A DNA stretch of 64,000 nucleotides from Lytechinus pictus (lineage: Eukaryota). Below the pieces are notes generated by a model. That model ran no database searches and was not told the origin of the DNA. It saw nothing but the letters and a program-made list of their open reading frames with translations. Where the stretch lies: positions 14,632,001-14,696,000 of the forward strand of contig NC_087257.1 in the NCBI RefSeq assembly GCF_037042905.1, given 5' to 3'. The first letter of the stretch is position 1; each line of letters starts with the position of its first letter. The translations under genes were made by a program, and so were the position numbers. Shown in pieces: positions 26,725 through 40,426 of the stretch.

Positions 26725-29627
26725 CCACTGTGACTGTCGCTTATTGTAGTATAGCGTCATCTGTTGTTATTTTTCAGTACAATCACCCCTGACAGACAAG
26801 ATAGCAAAAATTACAAATTACGCGCGTAAAACATTCCCCATAGACTTGTGTGTTAAAATGGCACTTAAGAAAAATTCATAAAAAATAAATGTGAAATTAG
26901 AGGGTCGAATGTTTACTACCTTTGGATAGGATATATATCTGACATTCCATATCTGACCAGAGAAGGGTATCGTAGCCAGCTCATTTTAAAAATAAATCGC
27001 CATTTATGAAGATAACTATGATGGGATCAAATTCATCAACTGAAACAGTAAAATAGCCCCAATTCTTCCGCCAGTCAAAAAATAGTTCCAAATCATTGAT
27101 ATATCTTCCCAATTTGGGCAAAGGAAGTTCAGTAGTAGGTACACGTACACCATGCGCCGACTTTCTAAATAGACCGACGGCACAAAAATTAGGCGCTTCT
27201 TCCATCTCAGAGTACAATTTGTCATGCTCCCCCTGAAGTAAAACATTTTTGATAGGGTGAATGCCCTTTCAAGTACTTACAAGGGTTGAAAAAAGTATAC
27301 AATTTTCCCATGATTACATGCTTATATTTTTCACCACATACCTATGCACATACATCCCCCAGCAGTGATAAACTGGCTCTTTGGGTGTTTTGTGTACGAG
27401 GCTTTCACGTCATGTATGTAAGTTTTACTTGGCCAAAGATAGTGCGCCCTCTTCTGTTGTTGGCGCAACCACCGATACAAAACTTCGCAGCCGATTATAT
27501 TATGTTAAGAGCCCAAGATTTCCCGGTCATAATGGTTTGAACAGGCAATGTCGTAATGAGGCAAAAATTTTGAGGGGGTCAGTATGGCGCATGTGGTAAA
27601 AAGTTGCTTAATATATGTTCTGGGCGAGCGAGAAAAAAATACACCTAATTTTCATGAGAATCTAACTAAATTTAGCTTTGGAGAATTAGCAAGCTTATGA
27701 TGGACTTCATACACAATGTTATATGTCACTCATCTTTCTTCCCGTTCTTTATTTTCAATCCTCGGCAGCCTTGTCGTGTTATCTTGTCCCTTGTCTTCAT
27801 TTTTTATGTTAGCTTTTGGCTCATTCCATTCTACCATCATTTCCCACTTTTGTGTGCCTTTTCGTCATCTTTATTTTAATTTATTTCCCGTTCTTACAAT
27901 TGCTAACTGATCATTCTAATTTATTAGCTTTTCGGGATGATTTGTTCTTACTCATAATTCATGTTCTTATTTCCTTCCTTTTCCCTTGTTATGTTTCTTT
28001 TTAGTTTTTTCCCACTTTTTCCCTTTCCCTTTCCTTTCCCCATTTCCTCTTTTTTCTTTCCCTTTCTTTCTTCCTCCCCTTGCTCTTTTCCCGTTTTTGG
28101 GGGTTATTTTCCCGGTGATCGAAATCCGCCTGGGGTGCAACTTGCCCCCCCCCCCCCCCGCCTGTTACGCCACTGTTTTTGACGGATATATTGTGTGGGC
28201 AGACCAAATTTAAACGATATTTTCTCATATAGGAGCTTTTGGCCGATGCCCCCCCCCTCCTTATAATAACGACCTGCGTTGAATGAGTAGGCCTAGATTT
28301 TGGCTGGTCATCATCTTTTGACCAGCGACAATGTTGAGCTATATTGGAAGGGGGCATCACACATACCTTGATCTTGTCTTGTCTTGTCTTGCCTTGGGTT
28401 AAGTCGGCTTATGCAGACTTGCTGTACTCCGCCAACTTTATTGATGTGTGTGAAATCACCAAGTAAGCAGGTCACTTGCTAGGTTTTTGATTGAGTTTGG
28501 ATTTGAAAGATATACCATGACACACTCCAAGACGACGATCCTGGAGGGGGGGGGGGTACCCAAACCCTGAGGAATTTTTATATTCAGTCCTTTGGTCCTA
28601 AGCATAACGGGAAATTGTTCCCCATGAATGTTAATAACTTTAATTTGGAGGCTTGACAATTATTTTTGTAGAGTGCCACCTGTGATGAATCTGGTATTTG
28701 GATCTATACCCAGTGCATCAATACCCCCCCCCCCCCGAAAAACTGCACACACACACACAGACACACCCATATGGAAAGCCTGATATAGGTTGCGTTTCCG
28801 AAACCGCTATGAATTCCATAAAAAAATGTGGTTTATATCAAAATGGTGTCTTTCAAACTTGATGAATGCAATGTGCAATTGAATCCTTCAATAGAAAAAG
28901 AAGAGGGGAAGCCAAGTGTTTCCTAATCCGCTTGAATACACAACGGTGTATCAAGGCCTATAGGCCCACCGGATGTCACCCAAAGGGGGCGGGGCAATTA
29001 AAATCCAGAAAGAGCAAATTGTATATATTTTTTTATTCAAATCCAAATAATTAATTGATTTTTATCCCAACAAAAAGATACATCTTTCTCAATTCAGATA
29101 AGTATTTAACCAAAATCACTTACAAAAATTGAAACATATAGCTTTCAAGAAACAAGAAAAAGTAAGGATAAGTAACACCAAGTGTCATTCCAAATCAGCA
29201 TTGACAAGAGTTTTTTTTTCGTATTTTTAATGAAAGAAAAAACAAATTCTCAACAGGTAAACTTCTAAAAAGACAAATAAAAAGAAATTAGAAATCAAAG
29301 AGACCTACTCATGTATCAGTTTTCGTAGACACGTAGACATAAGGGATGAGTCATATTTATGCAAATTAAGGTAAAAGCTATTTAAAATTTATGAAAAAAA
29401 AAGCTACAGAATTTATAGTACGTGACATAAGCTCGCGTGTGACGTCACAAAAAATGAATCATACCTTTGGTGGATTTTCTTGTCAACTTTCATACACTAT
29501 GATTCTTTCACTTTCTGATTTATTATTAGAACCTCAGAATAGTTAAAGGTCAAATTCACGCGGACAAAACAGTTCGGTAGAATTAGAGAGTAATCAAACA
29601 AGCATAACACTGAATGGTGGCATTTAA

Positions 29628-30209
29628 AGGGATGGTCCGGGCTGAAAATATTTATATCTTAATACATAGAGTAGAATTCACTGAGCAAAATGCCGAAAAT
29701 TTCAATAAAATCGGATAACAAATAATAAAGTTATGGAAGTTTAAAGTTTAGCAATATTTTGTGAAAACAGTCGTCATGAATATTCATTAGGTGGGCTGAT
29801 GATGTCACATCCCCACTTTCCGTTTTCTTATGTTATTACATAAAATCGTATTTTTTTCATTATTTCATACTTGTGTGAATAATATGTCTCCCTTGTAATG
29901 AAATAAGTTGCAGCAATAAATATCTCATGCACTAAATCAGTTGTCAATCCAATTTTTCTAGTTCTTGGAGGAAAAAAATTGAATAAACCTAATTTCATAT
30001 AATAAGATTCAAAAGAACAAGTGGGGATGTGACATCATCAGCCCACCTGATGAATATTCATGACAACTGTTTTCACAAAATATTGCTTAAACTTAAAATT
30101 CAATAACTTTGTTATTTGTTATCCGATTTTGATGAAATTTTCGGCATTTTGCTTAGTGAATTCTACTCTATTTATTAAGCTACAAATACTCTCAGCCCGC
30201 ACCATCCCT
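29628..30209. mobile_element. Non-autonomous TTAA-flanked foldback DNA transposon (Kolobok-like), nested in an older related element (~29547-30568)
   Basis: TTAA|AGGGATGGTCCGGGCTGA...TCAGCCCGCACCATCCCT|TTAA with long internal inverted arms. Family copies at 2627-3211 and 40657-41247. Confidence 0.85.
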
Positions 30210-30991
30210 TTAAGTACGGGATCCATTGATGTTATACACTCACTGTTACAAATATTTTTGTTTCAATCTAATCAATATTCTAAATTTTCCCAAATTAACG
30301 GTACAGTTTGAATCGATTTTCCGTTAAAATTGTGAATCAATGAAGAGGGTTTTTTATCAACAGTAAAATTGAAATATTTTGTTGATATTACATAATCACA
30401 TACAAAAGAAAAGGTATGACGTCATCTCCCTCATGTGCATACATGCCAGGGTAATAAACTTATATAGCGATGTCATAACTTTCGTTTTTACTAACTGATG
30501 AAATTTTCAGTGCTTCTCCTTCCCTACATCAATTATCGCATTGTTGTTATGGGATGGACTTCACATTTTAAAAAGTACTTTAAGAGGGGTGATTGCTTCT
30601 TACAAAGAGACCATCGCATTTTTTTGTGTGGCAAGTTCCAAAAGGTCCTCCACCTTCATCAATGTCTATGAAAACTTGCGAGCGAGCAAAATTTCGGCAT
30701 TTCAATGACAAAAAAAAAATTGCAATAGATCATGACATAATATTCAGAAAATAATATCATATTTCACCCTTCTCTCTTATCTTTTTCTTTCATAACAATC
30801 TCTTCTTTTTCTTCGTCGTGAAAAAATGAGAGGGAGGGGGCAAGCGCCCCAAGCCCCCAATATATATGTTTGCCACTTAATTGCCTGGGCCTGTCAGTCC
30901 AATCGTTTGAAAAGAAAATATTAGTCATTCGATGTTGCTGTTGAAGATGTTGGAGACGCGTGGACCTAATTATGTTCGCCATATTGCATTC

Positions 30992-31617
30992 CTAGATACC
31001 AGATGTAGATTTTAGAACAGTTTCCGCCAGTGATTCTTCCGCAACATTGAAAGCGACACCGTCATCGTTTGGCGTAACGGACACACTTTCTGTTGTTCCA
31101 TCAGATCGTCCATTGTTCATTTCAGCCGCCGCGTGTTGTGTACTTTTACGTCCGCAAGGAAACAAACTGGCCAGATGGCGCTTCATGTGAGGTTGATTGA
31201 GAACGTAGAGAATTGGATTGAGCGCCGCGTTGAAGAGGACGAGGACATCGGTTAACATGTTTAAGGAAATGTGAAGCACCACGTTACGGTGATAGAAGTC
31301 ACCCTTGAGAACATGTGGCCATATCGCTAAGTAGTAGCCATGCCAATAGCCCCAACTGATGAAGAAAGATAGCGACACTGATCCGATCAGCGCCAAGAAG
31401 CGTGTTTTGCGTGCAATTCTTCGCCGACTGGTTAGGGACAGAGTCGACGCGTTTCGCTTCGTTTCAGCAGCCCCGATGGTTAACCCGAAACACACTATTA
31501 TGATGAGGAAGGGAATGGCAAAGGTAAATATGAACAAGATGATATTGATGCAGTACAATGTTTCCAGAGTGGTGAACAGGTCGATGGGAATAACCGCACA
31601 CGATGACAGCAATCCAA
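30992..31617 (-). CDS. Orphan GPCR exon 3 (TM4 end to TM7, C-terminal tail)
   Basis: Phase-1 acceptor aaacag at 31618. Contains TM5 FAIPFLIIIVCF, TM6 FFISWGY and TM7 NAALNPILY, ending at a TAG stop. Total protein ~377 aa. Confidence 0.9.
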
Positions 31618-32066
31618 CTGTTTCATTTTCACCAAAGCACCGAGAAAAGGAAGGAGAAAGGGGGAAAAGAAACGAAAGAGATAGTTAATCCCATTAAAGT
31701 ATATACACCCAGTTCTTAATTATTAGGTAATTTAATTTGATCTTTACTGTGTATTTTTTGTTAATGTCCTATCAACATTTTGGGGGAAAAAGATCTCTCA
31801 TTTGCATGTTTAGATTTAAAAAAATTGTCATTTTGCGCAAATATAGTTATGGAAGGCGACATGTGTATTAAAAATACCGCCATATTCTTGATCTGAGTTA
31901 GGCTTTGCTACATACGCCTTCCATAGATAATTGAATGATTGCCGATGATGTGCGCTCTCAGAGCAAAATGAAGAAATTGAAAGAAGTTCTCTTTGAATAT
32001 CCTGGTTCTTAATTCCTAGATATCATTCAATATTTTTGTGTCTTTAATACCAAATGCTTGACTTAC

Positions 32067-32202
32067 CAGCCCAGACAATGCCACAGCCGATGAGGGCGTT
32101 CTTTACCGTTCTCCTGTTATGCAGAGCCTGGGGATGTGCAACGATGGCGTATCTATCCACTGCCAGTGCCGTTATCATGAAACAATTAATCACCATAGTA
32201 CT
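32067..32202 (-). CDS. Orphan GPCR exon 2 (TM3 DRY, TM4)
   Basis: ttttaacag|STMVINCFMITALAVDRYAIVAHPQALHNRRTVKNALIGCGIVWA+G|gtaagt, 136 nt, phase 0 to 1. Confidence 0.9.
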
Positions 32203-32334
32203 CTGTTAAAAGATTAGAGCAAAATAGCATTAACAATGGGGAAGATGCCATTACTTGCCAACATTAGGGCAACGTTATTGACGGTCTACCACATTTTGTC
32301 AGACGAAGTTGGATCCGATTGTTGGCACCCCATT

Positions 32335-33548
32335 GACATCTGATAGACCGGCAATTATGGGAGGAACGGGTCGGTTTCATGACAAACAGGTCCTGACAAT
32401 ATATTTACTATACCCAAACAATAATTGAACAGAGTCTAGAATGGAAAACAAGCACATACTTAAACTTCGTATAGATAGACTTTGAAAAAGTGTTTGATAG
32501 TATCCACAGAAAGACACTATGGAAAATATTAAGCAGTTATGAAATACCATCAAAATATGTGAACATAATCATGAACAAGGTTTTCACGTGCACAGTCAGA
32601 CATGATGGGGAGCATTCAGATTGGTTAAAAATAACTTCAGAAGTAAGGTAGGGGTGTATTCTACCACATTTTCTTTTCTTAACCTGGGTCATGCGGAGAT
32701 CTACTGGAACCAATGCAGGAATACAATGGACATTGACGACTTTCCTAGAAGATTTAGGCTTTGCCGATGACATCTGTCTGACATCACATACTAGAAACCA
32801 AATACAAGGAAAGACACATAGAGCAGGGTTTGAAGTCAGCCAGGTTTGACCCAAAATAAATGAGAAGACAAAACTGATGATGATAAATTGGAAATGCAAA
32901 CAATCTGTTAAAGTAAATGAGAAAAACATCGAACAGGTTGATGGTTTTGTTATTTGGGTAACACTCTAAACAACAGTGGAGACATCATGGTGGAATTCAA
33001 AGTAAGGATTGGGAAAGCAGCAAGTGCATTAAACAATTTGAACAATATATGGAAAGCAAGACAGATATCAAGAACTACAAACATAAAACTGTGCCGAAGT
33101 AATGTGCGGACGGTACTACTCTATGGAGCAGAAACATGGAAGGTCAACAGAACAATAGAGTGAAAGCTAGGGGACTTTGAGGGGAGGGCGCAGAATTTGA
33201 AATATAAGATGGCCACAAATACTAATAAACAAGGAAGTACAAGAAAAAAAATAGGATTCAATGACATCAACATAGAAATAACTCGAGAAAGGTGGAGATG
33301 GTCGAGACACATAATGCGCATGGACAGTACCAGGCATACAATACATTACTATGCTGGACACCACAAGGGCAAAGAAGGAGGGGCAGACCAAACGGGACAT
33401 GACGGAGGACCATAGAACAAGAAATGAAACAAATCAAACAAACTTTGAATGGGCTGGCATACTCGCCCAGAACAGAAGAAACTGGCGTTCGGCTGTAGAT
33501 CTAGGCCTTGTGTACACTACCAAGTGAGAAGAGGATAAAGTAAGTAAG
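32335..33548 (+). mobile_element. 5'-truncated, degenerate RTE-clade LINE (RT and 3' end) in GPCR intron 1, antisense to the gene
   Basis: Frame-broken RT motifs FEKVFDSIHRKTLWKIL, LEDLGFADDICL and VRTVLLYGAETW, ending in a (TAAG)n tail at 33537-33548. Confidence 0.85.
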
Positions 33549-33670
33549 ATATCTGATTCTAAATCAATCTTTTATACAACACTTCTTTTAGATAAACATA
33601 CATTTTCTTAAATTCAAATTGTGAAAAATGGAGTATCTTTACTGAGAGAATGAGATTGATGTAAGCCTAC

Positions 33671-34042
33671 CGATTCACATGCTTCGATCAGTTTCCTAAT
33701 ATTCGAGTCCGTCACGACGTGGAACAATTGCTTGTGAAGATATATCCCGTAAATGACTGCATCGGTCAGTCCCCAGACAAGAAGAAAAATAAAATTTGAA
33801 ACAGAGAGGCTGACGATGTACACGTTGTAGACAGTATTCCGTAACTTCTTGCTTCGCAGGATGGCATAGAGAACAAACCCGTTGGCGACCAGGCCGACGA
33901 CCAAGATGATGGTGACGAGTGAAAAGCCTACCCGGAATGTCGTCAGGAGTTGACTGGCCAATTCGACCACATCTGACCAGTCGTCGTAGTCGAAACCTGC
34001 CGAAGATATGTCGCCAGTCACTGTGTCAGTGTCAGACGCCAT
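33671..34042 (-). CDS. Rhodopsin-class (family A) orphan GPCR, coding exon 1 (N-terminus, TM1-TM2)
   Basis: MASDTD...VVGLVANGFVLYAILRSKKLRNTVYNVYIVSLSVSNFIFLL...RKLIEACES|gtaggc (phase 0). TM1 N1.50 and ICL1 LR...N motifs are present. An upstream acceptor ttcttcag near 34074 suggests a 5' UTR exon further upstream. Confidence 0.88.
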
Positions 34043-36650
34043 GGCAGATTATGCTAGTTGTTGGGGCTTTTACCTGAAGAAATTAACTGTGGCAGCCTCC
34101 TTTGGCGCGTAGAATTGAATGTAAAATTCTGCTAGCTATAAGCCTACATCACTGAATAACTCTCCAGATAACTCAGTTGCTTAACAGGTACTATGGCTTC
34201 AGCATCCGTCGGATCCCGTTTAAATTATTTCAACTAATCTATTCCATGTGCAGGTGTGGTGTGGATAATCGGAATCATGTAGCCCCATTCATACTGGAAA
34301 ACTATCCTATAGTTGATGAGAAATGAAAAATGTGTAGGACGGTATAGGACCTATGCTACAAACAATCCGGATGTGTCAGTTAAGTGCAGCCGTCAGATTA
34401 TTGCACTGCAGGGGCGGCGAATGTATATATTGATAGGGAGAGGGGGGGGGGGTACAAGACGAAGGCTAAATAAATATTTTAAATATCAAGTGATAGTAGT
34501 ATTATACATAGGGTTACATGCCACATGCCTCTCCCTTAGTCCCCTCTTTCTTCATTTTCTCCCCTTTCTCCTCTTTTTTCACGACTGATACTTCGCCTCC
34601 ACGCCTCCCATCGCGTTTTCATAATGCACAAGTTAAGTATGCTACAGTTAAACCAACGAAACTGCCTCTAAAACTACCGATGGTTTGTTATTAATAATAA
34701 CCTAATGGCTTAATGTCTAGAATCAGTTTCGCCGGACGTGTGACTGCAGCATTAGTTCGAATTTGGCCCTCATGGTGGGTGTTTCATAAAGCTGTTCGTA
34801 TTATGAGCGACTTTAAGAACGACTGGTGATCCTTTCTTGTGGTAAATGGTATATTCATTGGCGATTTGGTTAAGCGCGTAAGAAAGGTTCACCAGTCGTC
34901 CTTAAGGTCGCTCTTAACTTACGAACAGCTTTATGAAACGGCCCCCAGTGCGATTTAGCTTATCAGTGGTTAGGTCATAAACACAAAAGGGTGCAATATA
35001 TTTTTTAACCTGATCTCCAATCAGGCTTTCAAAATTGAAGGAACCATTCTTTACTTTACAATTTTTTTTCAAATTCAAGTTGACAATTAAGTGACAAAGA
35101 ACGCATATCTAGACTTCAGAAAATGTAAACGCGGTTGAGATATTGGCCAGTCTGAGGCTCTCGTTATAAGTGGACTAGCTCGTTGTGGGTAAAAACGTTT
35201 CGCAAATAATATCATAAAGTCACTTTTTTAGTAAGGATGGAGATTTTCCGCATCGCGACGCACGACAGATTCAAGTATCGAAAATTGGTGAACCGGAACA
35301 GCAGTTGATCGGAGCTGACGAATAATAATTGCAAATAGGACGTTTGTCCAGAGTCCGGGACGAAAATGCTATTTTGATTCACCAATCTTTGACAAAGACC
35401 TCTTGGTTGTCCATTGCCATGAAGGGTATTCCATAATTAATTTGCTATGTTCTTGAATCCGTCGTGCGACGTGGAGCGAAAAGGCAGAGGCACAGTCACA
35501 CCGCACGGCGAAACCGACTCCATCCTTTACTAATTGCACATGTGGTATAAATGGGCACATTGAAAAGGAAATAGGAGTCCTTGATCTTGTTGTTCTTTAT
35601 GTAGAGTTTGGAAACTCCTGCTTTCAAAAAGGAAAATCTAATGTTTATCCCAGGCCGTAGCGGATATGGATGCCCAAAACATAATATAATGTGGGCGTCG
35701 AATCACGGGGAATTGTCACCCTATGTTTTGGATGGAAGACTGTGTTTAAAAGGGTAAGTCCACCTCGAGTCATTGAAATTAAAAAAGTGGATTGTTTTGA
35801 ATGAATGAATAAATAGTGAGTGGGTGACGTCATCAGCTCCCCCATTTGCACACGGACTAGGATATACACTGTTTTATGAAATAAAGGGGGGTAAATGTAA
35901 CAATTTTTCTTTGTCATATTACTTCCGATTTTTATTGAATTTCCAGTATAATTGTACTTGTTTGAAGTGTTATCTCTTTATCCAAATAAAGTATTTGTTG
36001 AGGTGGACTTGCCCTTCCAGCACATCACTCATTCTCCTTACCGAGTCTATACTTGACGATTTTGATTTTCCATTTTACGAGACTGGGCGCACGTTCTCGT
36101 CGGTTAAGTTTGTTGTTGTTGTTTTCTTTGTTTTATGAAAAAATCAATGTGGTCAAGTTACAAAGTTCCCAGCCCCCCCCCCCCCCTTATACGCGGATAG
36201 CACCCCCACCTCCAGAAATGATACTTCATAGAAAAGTCGGACATGACTGTGTACACAGAGGTAGTTTGTCTCCACAATCATGACAATTGTTCAATGAAAT
36301 CTTGCTAATTCAAACACACAAAGAGAAAGTTTCAAGTCATCCAAGTTGTGAGTTTAACATGTGCTTTATTTCCAAGTATTTCAAAATACGCAACACACGT
36401 AATCCATTAATGATACAATAGGGACACATATCTAAAATTAAAGATTTGGCCAATAATACACTTTGAATAGCAAAAGAATATAGCTGATTTCCATTATTTT
36501 AACCACATGATGCCAATGATGATAATACCAAAAAATGCATATTTTATTCACTTACTTTGTGACTTAATGACTTACTTTATTTCAACAATATCGTTGAAAA
36601 GTATACAATACAATACAGTTCGGACTAGAATCAGCAGCCACCCCCTCCCC

Positions 36651-38056
36651 CAGTGGCGTAGCTAGGATTTTTTTCCTGGGGGGGGGGGGGGGGCGCTGGG
36701 GGGTCCTTGCTTTTTCAGGGGGCACCATTTTTTATGTTGTGTGTGTATGTGTCACAAGGGCGGATCCGACTTTCGCCAATAGGGGACGGGGCCCGAAATT
36801 ATCTTCACCTATATTTCCCCCGATCAGTCACTTCTTAGTTTTATTCTAGGCTTATAGAACAACATAAACATGAAATAATCTCATAAGCCTTATAAAAAGT
36901 GCGAGCGCGAAGCGCGAGCGATTTGTTTTGGTTACTTTCATGTATTTTGTCCTGAAAATGTAATATTCTGTGCAATATGTTATGTGTGATCCTGAACAAG
37001 ATTCGTATGTAACTAGATGGTTACTGCGAAGGCCAACCGCAAGCAGAAATTTTTATTAACTGTTCTAGCATTATCGAAAAGGGACCTGTTAAGGACTGCT
37101 TACAGTTACCCACGAAGACGGTATATATTTCAATAATGCGAGCGCGAAGCGCGAGCAATTTTTTTTTGACATTCCGACCTAAAAAATTGTCATTCTAAGC
37201 ACTTTTTGTATTAATAAAGGGGATAGGTATGTAACTAAACAATTGATGCGAGCGCGAAGCGCGAGAGGAAGAAAATTGAGATTTTAGACCTAAAAGCGGG
37301 ACACTCTATTCATATTTTGTAAATCATAAATAGGATATAGTTAATTGGGTATCATTGATAATGCGATCGTGAAGCGTGAGCAGACAATTATTGATATTCT
37401 GATGTGAAACTGGATAATTTAAGTACATTTAATATAAAGAACATGCAGGTTATCGCGCATGTTTTAGATTTAGACCTAGAATCTGGGCAGTCTGAATACA
37501 TTTGTTTAATGGAACATTATGAAATATAGGTAGACAATAGGAACTTGGCAAATCAAAAAATTTGACCACGTACGCAGCGTGAGCTTAAAAATGCTGATAT
37601 GTAGACTATAAAAGGGACATTTTACAGCTAGAACACTTAAATTTGTTAATGAAAAAAAATGATGAGAGCTCGATGTCCGAGCTAAAATATATTTTGTATA
37701 TTGACTTCAAAACTTGCTCCATATCAGCCTATTGAGCAAGATATGAATTTCATCGAACAGGCAATTCTGGCTCGAAGCGCAAGCAAAAGTTTTATATAGT
37801 AACATGAAAGATTTGTTTTTTTTTTTGCAAGTCTTCCCTTCACATTATTTCATTCACTCGTCTTCCTCCTCTTATTTTCCTCTTCTTTTTTTTCTTCTGT
37901 CTTTCTTCTTCTTTACTTTTTTTTCTTCTTTCTCCTTTTTTTTTTGCTCTGCCAATTTTTTTCAGGGGGGCACCTGGGGGGGGGGGGCACACCAAATCTC
38001 AGGGGGGGGGGCACGTGCCCCCCAGCCCCCCCCCCCCCCCCGTAGCTACGCCACTG
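36651..38056. mobile_element. Composite non-autonomous DNA transposon with periodic GCGAGCGCGAAGCGCGAGC motifs
   Basis: TIRs CAGTGGCGTAGCTA / TAGCTACGCCACTG with G/C homopolymers. Relatives at ~24316-25735 (reverse), 45537-46219 and ~48590-49400. Confidence 0.75.
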
Positions 38057-38237
38057 GCTCCCCCCCCCCGGAAAAAAATCATATTACTGTAAGATTCACC
38101 GAAAACAATATAACTGAACTTGAAATCACCCAATTTGAATATTGTGATGTTTACAAGCATAAGTGTGTTCTTAGTGCATATAAATATATAAACAATTATC
38201 TAGAAAGTCAATATATAAATATTCGTGGTGATGATTA

Positions 38238-38393
<156 letters not shown>

Positions 38394-39139
38394 TCAGATT
38401 AATGTCGATTACATAGTGGAATCATATGTTTTCGCTGTGGAAAGTTGTCTTTTTTTTTCTTTGCGTCTGAAACCAAAATAAGATTATTTGCTTGGATTCC
38501 ACGTCTTAAACCCATAAAGAATGTCTAATGCGCAATATATCCTTCGTAGCAGAGACCTCTTTGTGTGACTAGCCTTGCATCTGGTCAGTAATTTAATATA
38601 TGTTTACATCAATAAGATTTTCACCTTTTCGTTCCTTCTCTTTTTTCTTTCCTGTATACGCATATATAATTAAGTCGACAATTTACATTTTTTTCATTTC
38701 CAAGGGGATCCACACTTTACAAGCATTGCTTTTAGTAGACCCCCCCTCATTTCCGTTTATGCTCAATTTTATACTGTTTTTTATTTACAAGGTAAGAATG
38801 TTCATCTGTAAAATTGTACCCGATTTATATTACTTTGTATTACGTTTGAATGGAAAAGAAATAAAGAACTGAATTGAATTGAATGAAGGGGTGTCAGCGT
38901 ATGGATTCGTAGGAATATGTTATTCAAGTTTATCCCTTCTCTCGGCATGTGTAAGAGAATTTTCTCTAAGTTTCATTTTTTTAAGTTAGTCCTTCAATAA
39001 AGACAAAATGAGATGAAACAAGAACAACAATCGATATTCAATCAAAAATTATATTTCCAACCATTTACTACAGATATCCAATGTGTATAACCCTACTGGA
39101 AAGAACGCAGTGTACCACAGTGTGAAAATATCTTCACAC

Positions 39140-39756
39140 CAGGGGCGGCGATCCATGGGGATCTTTTTGAAGAACTGAAAGTGTCCTTTTTATGCAAGTA
39201 AAATGCTCCCTCACGAACGTGTACTGTGCCCCTTTCATCGGAGGAGGACCCGTTAGTGTAAGCAAGTGCCCCCTTATTGCCTTCTTGTAAGTGCCCTTTC
39301 TCGAATCAGTGCCCCATTTTACCCAAGAAAAGTGCCCCTCACGAACGTGTACTGTGCCCCTTTCACCTGAGGAGGACCCGTTTTAGGTGTTACCAAGTGC
39401 CCATTCTCGTATAAGTGCCAATATTTCCAAAAAATACCCCCTCTCGAACGTGTTCTGTGCCCCTTTCTCCTGAGAAGGGCCCGTTTTATGTGTGAGCAAG
39501 TGCCTTCTTGTAAGTGCCATTTCTCGAATTAGTGCCCCACGCGAACATGTTCTGTGCCCCTTTCACCTGAGAAGGACCCTTTTAGTTGTTAACGAGTGCC
39601 CCTTTTAAACAAGAAAACAATATTCTAATTTTTATTTCTTACTACTAGTTATAACTGATGAAGGAAATAAACTTGTGAGAATAATCCTAGTATATGAGTC
39701 ATGTGAGTGGGGTATATAAGAAGTGACGTTCAGATGGGGGGGGGCTCCCCCCCCCC

Positions 39757-39788
<32 letters not shown>

Positions 39789-40091
39789 AAACCAAGACAA
39801 AAAAGAGAAAAGGGAAGAAAAGGAAAGAGAGACTGGGTGAATTTTAATATGTCGAAATCTATCACAAAATTGGATTTTCGTTATAAAATGTCAAAAAAAT
39901 TCTCGCTCGCTTTGCTCGCAGCTTATTAATTTTACGTCATACGACATATTAAGCCCCCTCAAAAATTTTGGCTCATTACACCACTGGAGATACATTATTT
40001 TTTCTTTGTTTTAAGAAAGTGCCCTTTTCGAAGGAAAAGGTGCCCTTTTTCCCTGTGCCCCCCCCCCACTTTCAACTTCGCTCCACCCCTG
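39140..40091. mobile_element. Non-autonomous element with four ~100-125-bp internal repeats
   Basis: Ends CAGGGGCGG...CCACCCCTG. Unit CGAACGTGTACTGTGCCCCTTTCACCTGAGGAGGACCC at ~39214, 39342, 39445 and 39542. Confidence 0.6.
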
Positions 40092-40244
40092 CTTCACACT
40101 GTTAAATTCGAACACTTGAACAGAGTGAATACTATTTTCACTCGATCAAGTCCACACTACGAACGCACTGTGTGACGCTGTGTTCTATCCAGCATGGTTA
40201 AAAGCCAACGACTAATTTTCAGGCTGATGTTTAGGTATATTTAC

Positions 40245-40426
40245 ACTGGGCGTTGTGGCGTGCGCCTGTAATCCAAGCTGTGGGGAAGTTACAAATTGAT
40301 GCAGAGGTTCGAGGTTCGAGCCCTGGTCACGTCTTTCGGATGGTGACGTTAAAGGTCGGTCCCAGACGTAAATAATCATATCTGATTGATACACGTCTGA
40401 CAAAACTCAAATACACACACACACAC
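40245..40426 (+). mobile_element. SINE-like element with a 7SL (Alu-domain)-like head and CA-repeat tail
   Basis: Head ACTGGGCGTTGTGGCGTGCGCCTGTAATCCAAGCT resembles the 7SL 5' end. B-box GGTTCGAGCCC at ~40313, a short core, then an (AC)n tail. Confidence 0.6.

Noticed and set aside
31359-31688. 109-aa plus-strand ORF
   Set aside because: Antisense shadow of GPCR exon 3.
40245-40426. Bona fide SRP (7SL) RNA gene
   Set aside because: Similarity stops after ~45 nt. There is no S domain and no oligo-T terminator, and it ends in a CA microsatellite.
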